A DNA stretch of 38,421 bases from a virus (lineage: Duplodnaviria; Caudoviricetes). Each line of letters begins with the position of its first letter. Position 1 is the stretch's first letter. A program made the translations under genes and the position numbers. The stretch lies in the IMG/VR virus record IMGVR_UViG_3300037479_000370, positions 1-38,421 of that record. One strand, 5' to 3'. The notes below the pieces were generated by a model, which saw only the letters and a program-made list of their open reading frames with translations, was not told the DNA's origin and ran no database searches. Of this stretch, positions 32,139-38,421 are shown piece after piece.

Positions 32139-32543
32139 ATGACCGAGACCGCCGATCGGCCCCATCTCCCGGCCGCGAAGGCGCTGTGGGAACGCCTCCA
32201 CGATGTCGCCGCCAACGAGCAGGCGTGGGCGATCCTGGAGGAGGGTCTCAGCCAGGCGTGCGTCGAGCACGCGCGCCAGGTCGCCACCGGCAAGGCTCCG
32301 GCTCCGAGCCTGGCGACGTCGCCCCCCCCGCGTGTGGATGGCGTCTACACGATCCACGTTGGGCGAGCTGACGGCCAGGCGACGACGGCCGTCAAGGTCG
32401 CTCTCCTCGCCAGTCTCCAGGGTCTCGCCCAGGCTCTCGGCGTGGAGGCTCTCCACAACCGTCGTCGGCGCGCGACGCTGCGCGCGGGTCTCGTCGTCGT
32501 CCAGGTCGTCCAGGGCCAGGGGACGGAGGAGGCGACTCGATGA
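32139..32543 (+). CDS. Hypothetical protein
   Basis: RBS GAGGTGGAG; MTETADRPHLPAAKALWERL...; coupled to the next gene. Confidence 0.65.
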   Translation: MTETADRPHLPAAKALWERLHDVAANEQAWAILEEGLSQACVEHARQVATGKAPAPSLATSPPPRVDGVYTIHVGRADGQATTAVKVALLASLQGLAQALGVEALHNRRRRATLRAGLVVVQVVQGQGTEEATR

Positions 32544-32944
32544 GCGGGGACCGGTTGGCGCTGGAGCCCTGCGGGTGCCGGAGCGACCGGGTGACGGGGC
32601 TCATCACGCACTTCTGCGCGGAACACGAGATCAGCCAGTTCAACGTGACGCCGGCGCCGGAGCTACGACGAGACCGCATCGTCTGCGCGTACCGACTCAG
32701 CCCCGACTGCATCGAGGTCATCCAAGAGGGCGCGCCTGGCGCTCTGAAGACGGATGGCTGTTGCACGCACTGCCTTCCCTTGGCGGTCGCGAAGGCAAAG
32801 GAGACCGGCGTGCGCATACGCCGCCAACTCGACGAGCTGGAGCGCTATGTCGACTCGCTGTCGACTCGCCGACGCACGGCTGGAGGATGCCATCGTGAAC
32901 GCCCCACACACACCCGGACCGTGGATTCCGGTAGAGGTCGCTGA
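32540..32944 (+). CDS. Cys-rich hypothetical protein
   Basis: RBS GGAGGAGG, ATGA overlap; CGC, CAEH and GCCTHC motifs. Confidence 0.65.
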   Translation: MSGDRLALEPCGCRSDRVTGLITHFCAEHEISQFNVTPAPELRRDRIVCAYRLSPDCIEVIQEGAPGALKTDGCCTHCLPLAVAKAKETGVRIRRQLDELERYVDSLSTRRRTAGGCHRERPTHTRTVDSGRGR

Positions 32945-33395
32945 GGATCTCACATTCCCATGCGGCGTTCCGATTGCTATCCACCGTGCCGACGAGAAGT
33001 GGCGGAAGGTCGGGCGGATCTGCGAGATGGTCGGTGCGTCTGGGCCTGATGGGCGGTACAGCAGCGAGGTCACCGCGGCCAACGCCGGGCTGATCGCCGC
33101 CGCGCCGGAGCTACTGGAGGCGGCCAAAGGGGTCCTTGATCGCATCTCCGAGGTCTACCGACCCGAGTACGTCGAGCGTGCTGTCATGGCCGAGCCCAGC
33201 AGTCTGCTCGGGAGGGTAAAGGCGCTCGCGGCGATCGTCGCCAAAGCCGAGGGGGCCGCATCATCCTGGCGGTGCGGGGCTGAGGCCGGCCCTGCGAACC
33301 CGCAAGTGCCCCACGCCTTCACGTCGGAAGGCGACTACGTCGTCGCCTGCGACGTGTGCGGTGGGGCGCCGCGCGCCGCGATCCACAACCCATGA
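32895..33395 (+). CDS. Conserved phage early protein (HTPGPW...LIAAAPELLEA type) with C-terminal Zn-finger-like tail
   Basis: HTPGPW, ANAGLIAAAPELLEAAK, AIVAKAEG; RBS GGAGG. Confidence 0.8.
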   Translation: MNAPHTPGPWIPVEVAEDLTFPCGVPIAIHRADEKWRKVGRICEMVGASGPDGRYSSEVTAANAGLIAAAPELLEAAKGVLDRISEVYRPEYVERAVMAEPSSLLGRVKALAAIVAKAEGAASSWRCGAEAGPANPQVPHAFTSEGDYVVACDVCGGAPRAAIHNP

Positions 33396-33601
33396 CTGCG
33401 CCTCGCTGCCTCCAGTGCAAGCGTCGCCGACTCGGGAAGCGGGCGATCGTCCTCTGGCGGACGCCTCTCGGGCCGGCTGGCGTCTGCGGCTGGCGCTGTC
33501 TCCGAGAGTTCGAGGGCCCGGCCGAGGACCTGTCGCAGTGCGACTGCGGGCTCCACCCGGCCCGCCCCGGGCGCCCCCCGCGGAGGAGGAGGGCCGCTTG
33601 A
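33392..33601 (+). CDS. Small Zn-finger-like protein
   Basis: ATGA overlap; CLQC...CGWRC...CDCGLH. Confidence 0.6.
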   Translation: MTAPRCLQCKRRRLGKRAIVLWRTPLGPAGVCGWRCLREFEGPAEDLSQCDCGLHPARPGRPPRRRRAA

Positions 33602-33762
33602 CCTGGCGGGCCTGCGTCGCACTCGTTTGTGTCGCCGCGGCGGTCGGTCTCGGCCTGTTGATGGTCCGTGCAGCCCGGGAGCGACGTCGCCGGCGCAACC
33701 GCGAGGAGTACGTCTCGCGCGCTTGGCTGCGCCGCCTCGAGGAGCAGGAGGACCGGGCGTGA
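33598..33762 (+). CDS. Small single-TM protein with basic tail
   Basis: RBS GGAGGAGG, TTGA overlap; ACVALVCVAAAVGLGLLMV-RAARERRRRR. Confidence 0.6.
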   Translation: MTWRACVALVCVAAAVGLGLLMVRAARERRRRRNREEYVSRAWLRRLEEQEDRA

Positions 33763-33956
33763 CGCTCGTCATCCGCACGCGCTGCGTACTCCTGCATGAC
33801 TTGGTCGAAGTCGACGATCAGGTCAAGGAGCAGCTCGTCCGTCACGGCGCCGTGGCGGTCACGATCCCTGAGCGGATCCACGGCTTCAGGGGCTACCGCC
33901 AGCGCTGGTGGCCGCGTGAGGCCGAGCAGCCCTTCCCCGACTGGAGGACGGCGTGA
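33759..33956 (+). CDS. Hypothetical protein (65 aa)
   Basis: RBS GGAGG, GTGA overlap; ends GFRGYRQRWWPREAEQPFPDWRTA. Confidence 0.6.
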   Translation: MTLVIRTRCVLLHDLVEVDDQVKEQLVRHGAVAVTIPERIHGFRGYRQRWWPREAEQPFPDWRTA

Positions 33957-34171
33957 CCGATTTCCTCTGGCGGTGCGATCGCTGCCCCCAGCTAGCCCGG
34001 CTCTTCGCGAGGATCGGGGCCGAGATCCTCTGCGCCGACTGCTGGCACGCTGCCGGCGAGCCGTGGCCGCCGCCAGGCCCGCCCACTGCCGAGCAGCTCG
34101 CGGAGATCGAACGGCGGATGCTCCGCCGCGGAGGAAGCGACAGGTATCGAGTCCTGGCCGGCAAGGCTTAG
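33953..34171 (+). CDS. Small Zn-finger protein
   Basis: CDRC...LCADCW; RBS GGAGG, GTGA overlap. Confidence 0.65.
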   Translation: MTDFLWRCDRCPQLARLFARIGAEILCADCWHAAGEPWPPPGPPTAEQLAEIERRMLRRGGSDRYRVLAGKA

Positions 34172-34195
34172 CCGGCCCTGATGGGGAGGTGTACC

Positions 34196-35722
34196 GTGTC
34201 CACAGCCGCAGCCACCAACCCGGCAGCCGCACCGCCCGCGTCGCCGGTCGCGCCGGGCGCCGATCAGCCGCCTCGCGCCGCAGCCCGGGCTCCTTCAGAG
34301 GGTCCGCTCAGCCAGCTCATCCCCCTGGCGAAGATCGAGCCATCGAAGACGAATCCCCGGAAGACGTTTGACAAGGCCGGCCTCGATGAGCTGACGGAGA
34401 GCATCCGCAAGGTGGGGATCCTCCAGCCGGTCCTGGTGCGCCCCATCGCCGGCACCGGGCGCTACGAGCTGGTCGCCGGCGAGCGTCGCTACCGCGCCGC
34501 CCGCGCCGCCAGCCTCGAGGCGATCCCCGCCACCGTCCGCGAGCTGAGCGACACCGAGGTCCTGGAGATCCAGCTCGTCGAGAACCTCCAGCGGTCGGAC
34601 CTGCATCCCCTCGAGGAGGCCGAGGGCTACCGGCAGCTCATGGCCCGGAAGTACGACGTCGCCCGGATCGCCGAGCGCGTCGGACGATCCATCAAGTACG
34701 TGTACGACCGCGTCAAGCTGCTCACGCTGACGCCCGAGGCGAAGGAGGCTTTCCGCCAGGGCCGGTTCACCGCTGGGCATGCGATCCTGCTCGCCCGGCT
34801 CTCGCCTCAGGACCAGAAGCGGGCCATGACGCTCAACGCCCTCTTCGCGAACGAGAGTCTCGAGCTGCTGTGGGATCCGGTCGAACGCAAGCGCCCAAGC
34901 AAGAAGGACGACCTGGTCGGAGGACTCCCCGACGACTGGAAGCCGGTCAGCGTCCGGGAGTTCGACGCCTGGATCAACAAGTACGTCCGGTTCGACACGG
35001 GCGCGCCCGACCCGATGCTCTTCCCCGAGACCACCGAGACGCTCAAGACCTCGCAGGAGAAGGCGGAGAAGATCATCCCGATCACCTATCTCTACCAGGT
35101 CCCGGAGGAGGCGAGGACCGAGGGGAGGACTTGGACGGAGCGCTCATGGAAGCGCGCGGATGGGCAGCAGGGATCGAAGCCGTGTCCCCGGTCCGTCACC
35201 GGAGTCGTCGTCATCGGTCCCCATCGGGGCGAGGCATTCAAGGTCTGCGTCAACAAGGACAACTGCGAGATCCATTGGGGCAAGGAGAAGCGGGAGAAGG
35301 AGAAGCGCGCGCGGGCGACTACCAGCGGCTCCACCGAGCAGGACCGCTGGCAACGTGAGAACGAGGAGCGCCGCCGGGACGCAGAGCGAGAGGACGCACA
35401 GCGCAAGCGCTGGGAGAAGGCCTGCCCGACGATCCTGAAGGCGCTGGCGGAGAAGGTGAAGGTGGCGCCGGTGCGCGCGCAGGGATTCCTGGCGCAGCTC
35501 GTGCTCCAAGCCTGCCGTGGCCACGCCGCGGCACAGGCGTATGTGCCGCTGGGCAAGACGGCGGAGGACCTGGTCCGCCACGCCGCGTTCTTCGTGCTCT
35601 GCCGCGAAGCTGACGCCTGGACGGCCTACCGAGAGTTCCCGAAGCGTGCCAAAGCCTTCGGCCTCGACGTCGCGAAGATCGTCGACGGGGTGGCGCCGCC
35701 GAAGACGGCTAAGCCCAGCTGA
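34196..35722 (+). CDS. parB: ParB/RepB/Spo0J family protein with long C-terminus
   Basis: NPRKTF, GILQPVLVRP, LVAGERRYRAA, ENLQRSDLHPLEEA, HTH; RBS GGGAGG before GTG 34196. Confidence 0.93.
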   Translation: MSTAAATNPAAAPPASPVAPGADQPPRAAARAPSEGPLSQLIPLAKIEPSKTNPRKTFDKAGLDELTESIRKVGILQPVLVRPIAGTGRYELVAGERRYRAARAASLEAIPATVRELSDTEVLEIQLVENLQRSDLHPLEEAEGYRQLMARKYDVARIAERVGRSIKYVYDRVKLLTLTPEAKEAFRQGRFTAGHAILLARLSPQDQKRAMTLNALFANESLELLWDPVERKRPSKKDDLVGGLPDDWKPVSVREFDAWINKYVRFDTGAPDPMLFPETTETLKTSQEKAEKIIPITYLYQVPEEARTEGRTWTERSWKRADGQQGSKPCPRSVTGVVVIGPHRGEAFKVCVNKDNCEIHWGKEKREKEKRARATTSGSTEQDRWQRENEERRRDAEREDAQRKRWEKACPTILKALAEKVKVAPVRAQGFLAQLVLQACRGHAAAQAYVPLGKTAEDLVRHAAFFVLCREADAWTAYREFPKRAKAFGLDVAKIVDGVAPPKTAKPS

Positions 35723-35725
35723 AGG

Positions 35726-36589
35726 ATGCTCGTGCTCAGTCTCTTCCCGGGGGTCGGGCTCCTCGACCGTGCCTTCGAGGAGGAGGGCTTCGTCGTCGTC
35801 CGAGGACCTGATCTCCTGTGGGGCGGGGATATCCGCCGGTTCCATCCGCCGCCCGGGCGGTTTGATGGCGTCGTCGGGGGACCGCCGTGTCAGGCGTTCT
35901 CCTCGCTGCGCCACCTGCTAGTCGCCACTGGCAAGCAGCTCGGGCCGAACCTCGTCCCCGAGTTCGAGCGGTGCGTCGCCGAGGCACAACCCTCGTGGTT
36001 CATCATGGAGAACGTCGAAGCTGCGCCGATCCCCACCGTCCTGGGGTACATCGTCGACCCGGCGGTCTACGACAACCGCGTCGCGCCTTGGCAGGACGGC
36101 GTCGGCGGAGAGCAGAGCCGCCGCCACCGCTTCAGCTTCGGCACGCGCGATGGCCGGCCACTCGGGCCGCACTTCGAGATCGCGCTACAGAACCCGAAGT
36201 GGTCGCGTCGGGTGCTCGCGTGCGGCGGCTACACGCCGTGTCCGGTCGAGGGCGGCAACGGCGACTACATGCGCCGTGGTTCAGACGGAAAGCCTGTCCG
36301 TCGTCGCCGCGACGGCGGACGTCTCCCGAAGGAGAAGCCGCAGCTCCGACCAATCCAGAGGATGAGCCTCCTCGGTCGGAAAGACACGGCGTACTTCCGC
36401 GAGGCCCGGCGACTCCAGGGACTCCCGGATGAGTGGGATCTCCCCGGCTTCACGGTCGCCGCGAAGGTGCGCGCTCTCGGGAACGGCGTACCTCTCCCGA
36501 TGGGCCGCGCCTTGGCGCGTGCGGTCCGGCGGGCACTGAACCTTCCGAACGAGGAGCCAGAGGCCGGCGCGGAGCCGGATGGCCAATGA
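35726..36589 (+). CDS. DNA (cytosine-5) methyltransferase, orphan
   Basis: Motifs I SLFPGVG, IV GGPPCQ, VI MENV, VIII QSRRHRF, IX REARRLQGLPD, X LGNGVP. Confidence 0.92.
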   Translation: MLVLSLFPGVGLLDRAFEEEGFVVVRGPDLLWGGDIRRFHPPPGRFDGVVGGPPCQAFSSLRHLLVATGKQLGPNLVPEFERCVAEAQPSWFIMENVEAAPIPTVLGYIVDPAVYDNRVAPWQDGVGGEQSRRHRFSFGTRDGRPLGPHFEIALQNPKWSRRVLACGGYTPCPVEGGNGDYMRRGSDGKPVRRRRDGGRLPKEKPQLRPIQRMSLLGRKDTAYFREARRLQGLPDEWDLPGFTVAAKVRALGNGVPLPMGRALARAVRRALNLPNEEPEAGAEPDGQ

Positions 36590-37128
36590 GCGGCACGGGT
36601 GCCACCACGGACGTTCACCAGAACGTCGACTCGGCGCGCCAGGAAGCCTTAGCTACCCGTGCGCACGGGAAGGACGACCCAGGATGCCAGCGCTGTGGCG
36701 GACCGCTCAGAAGGCGTCCTGCGCGTCCGAGGAAGTTCTGCTCCGATACCTGCCGCTCAGCCGCCCGGCATAAAGCGGCAAACCGGGCCGTGGCGGCCGT
36801 CAGGGCCGGCCAGCTCCGACTCGACCTCCCGCTCCCATCCCGCTTCCTGGACGTGCCCACCAAGCCCCGCTTCGCCGGCCCCGGTTACGACGAGGTGCAG
36901 GACCAGGCGCGGCTGAAGCGGCACTGCGAGAGGGTTCTGGCGGTCTTGCGTTCGACGCCCGGACGGTGGTGGACCTACGCGGAGCTCGCGCGCGCGGCAG
37001 GGATCCCGGAAGGCTCGTGCAGGACGAGGGTGAGTAACCTGCGGTGCATGACACCACCCTGGCCCATCGAAGACAGGACACGGCCGGACAGATTTAAGGA
37101 GGTGCGGTTGGTGGAGGGCGTGCGGTGA
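36586..37128 (+). CDS. Zn-finger plus winged-HTH DNA-binding protein
   Basis: CQRCG...KFCSDTCR; WWTYAELARAAGIPEGSCRTRVSNLR; ATGA overlap. Confidence 0.75.
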   Translation: MSGTGATTDVHQNVDSARQEALATRAHGKDDPGCQRCGGPLRRRPARPRKFCSDTCRSAARHKAANRAVAAVRAGQLRLDLPLPSRFLDVPTKPRFAGPGYDEVQDQARLKRHCERVLAVLRSTPGRWWTYAELARAAGIPEGSCRTRVSNLRCMTPPWPIEDRTRPDRFKEVRLVEGVR

Positions 37129-37871
37129 ACGCGGGCGCGGCTGAAGTCCTCGCGGCCCTGCGCCAGCGCCACCCTGCGGGCAAGGCGCTGTTCATCGACG
37201 AATGCAAACTCGGCGACAGTGAGAGCCGACGGCTCGACGCCTGGGTGTTACTTAAGACGTGGTCGCCGCCCACCACCATCGGCTACGAGATCAAGTCGCA
37301 GCGCAGCGACTTCGTGGGCGACCGCAAGTGGCCGACCTACCTGCCGGTGTGCCATGAGCTGTACTTCGCTTGCCCGGCCAAGCTGATAGCCCCCGAGGAG
37401 TTACCGCCCGACGTCGGACTGCTGTGGCTCCACGGCAGCCGCCTAGTGACGCGGCGCCGAGCCCCGCGCAGGGCGCCCGAGCCATCGGCGCTGATCAGGC
37501 TCATGAGCTACGTGCTGATGAGCCGCTCGCGCCCGGCGGATAACTGGTTGGAGGCCAACCAAGGGGATCGGGCGCACTACTGGAGTATGTGGCTCATGGA
37601 CCGCCGGGCCGAGCAACACCTGGGATACGAGGTGTCCAGCAGGGTGCGTGCCATCGTGGATGAGGCGAAGCGCGCCCAGCGGCAGGCTGAGGGGGAACGC
37701 GACCGGCTTGCGGCCGTGCGGGATCGGCTGGTGGCGCTAGGTCTGTGGGAGACGGCCACGGCCGCAGACCTTGAGGCTAAGCTGGCTGGAGCCGAGGACC
37801 GGAGGCGCCTGCGGGAGGCGGCGCGGCTGGCGCAGCAGCTCGTGCGGATTACCCAGGAGGACACTGTATGA
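37125..37871 (+). CDS. MmcB-like PD-(D/E)xK nuclease
   Basis: RRLDAW...GYEIKSQRSDF..D.KW..Y...CHELYFACP...ELPPDVGL. Confidence 0.85.
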   Translation: MNAGAAEVLAALRQRHPAGKALFIDECKLGDSESRRLDAWVLLKTWSPPTTIGYEIKSQRSDFVGDRKWPTYLPVCHELYFACPAKLIAPEELPPDVGLLWLHGSRLVTRRRAPRRAPEPSALIRLMSYVLMSRSRPADNWLEANQGDRAHYWSMWLMDRRAEQHLGYEVSSRVRAIVDEAKRAQRQAEGERDRLAAVRDRLVALGLWETATAADLEAKLAGAEDRRRLREAARLAQQLVRITQEDTV

Positions 37872-38421
37872 AGGGCGGGCGGACGCCGATCCACATCATG
37901 CGCTACGCCCCCGCCGACTTCGAGGGTGACGAGGCCGTCAAGCTGGTGATCCGGCGCCGCGACTACCGGGCCTACGCGTTCTACCAGGCATTCATCAACC
38001 ACTCATTCATGGCCGGCGGGGACCTACCAGACGACCCGGAGAGGCTGGCGGTGACCCTTGGGTGGCATCTCTCCGATGTCAAGGCGGCCCTCCGCTGGTG
38101 GTTGCGCGAGGGAAAGATCGTCTCGCAGAACGGTCGGTTGTATCAGAAGCGAGTCCAACGGGAGATAGCCCAAGAGCTTGAGTACCGGGAACTTCAGTCT
38201 GCGAGAGGTAGGAGGGGTGGGCGCCCGCCCGGAAACCCGGACGAAAGCGGTGGCTTACCGCCCGCTTTGGGGGCCGAAAAGCCGGACGAAAGCCCGCCAG
38301 CGCCAGCGCCAGCGCCAGCGCCAGCGAAAACGGAAGCTCTTTCCCTCTCTCCTGGTAAGAGCGGTGGAGAGGGGGGTGCGGGGGGAGAACCAAGCGGGCG
38401 CGAGCGCCGTGCGGGCGAACG
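37868..38421 (+). CDS. Replication initiator, YdaU/DUF1376-like N-terminus (271 aa in total, ending at 389 across the join); absent from the ORF track
   Basis: ATGA overlap; MRYAPADFEGD...GGDLPDDPERLA...NGRLYQKRVQREI...SARGRRGGRP. Confidence 0.85.
   Translation, partial: MKGGRTPIHIMRYAPADFEGDEAVKLVIRRRDYRAYAFYQAFINHSFMAGGDLPDDPERLAVTLGWHLSDVKAALRWWLREGKIVSQNGRLYQKRVQREIAQELEYRELQSARGRRGGRPPGNPDESGGLPPALGAEKPDESPPAPAPAPAPAKTEALSLSPGKSGGEGGAGGEPSGRERRAGE
38237..38324. repeat. Iteron-like repeats inside the initiator gene (probable origin) and (CGCCAG)5
   Basis: CCGGACGAAAGC at 38237-38248 and 38282-38293; inverted AAAGCGG/CCGCTTT 38244-38268; hexamer array 38295-38324. Confidence 0.55.
38295..38421. 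repeat. Terminal direct repeat, identical to 1-127
   Basis: Exact sequence match. Confidence 0.95.

Noticed and set aside
34196-35722. Plasmid-prophage lifestyle inferred from ParB
   Set aside because: No ParA or plasmid-type Rep, while integrase, Xis-like gene and attP are intact
35726-37871. Type II restriction-modification pair (methylase plus nuclease)
   Set aside because: The nuclease matches the MmcB-like pattern, the genes are not adjacent, and both lie in the early lytic operon; not excluded, but unsupported

Overview
The window is a complete circular genome of a temperate, long-tailed (siphovirus-type) phage with very high GC, about 70% by eye. Bases 1-127 are identical to 38295-38421, and one gene reads through that join, so the unique genome is 38,294 bp. 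Gene order on the + strand: RuvC-like resolvase, a small gene in the Q position, a structured late leader, and a lysis/envelope cassette (TIGR02594-type endopeptidase, Ig-like lipoprotein, beta-barrel-like protein, small membrane proteins). Then HNH, cos, TerS, TerL, an extended portal, a 3-gene fibre-like insert, S49 protease, a second structured leader, HK97 capsid, neck, tail tube, G/GT chaperone with a -1 frameshift, tape measure and tail tip. Then a secreted protein (- strand), an intact attP carrying the 3' half of tRNA-Lys(UUU), and a tyrosine integrase. Then a divergent switch apparently built from ribbon-helix-helix (RHH) and Fis-type HTH proteins instead of cI/Cro. The early genes are Xis/AlpA, ParB, C5 methyltransferase, an MmcB-like nuclease and a DUF1376-like initiator. 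The most unusual elements are (1) a Q-less late-control region with a DUF2292-like small protein and two related structured RNA leaders, (2) an RHH-based switch with a phased pentamer array and a nested gene, (3) a lysis cassette with no recognisable spanins but a predicted 10-stranded beta-barrel, and (4) an extended portal followed by a fibre-like module. All family assignments come from motif recognition by eye; no database search or folding program was run.
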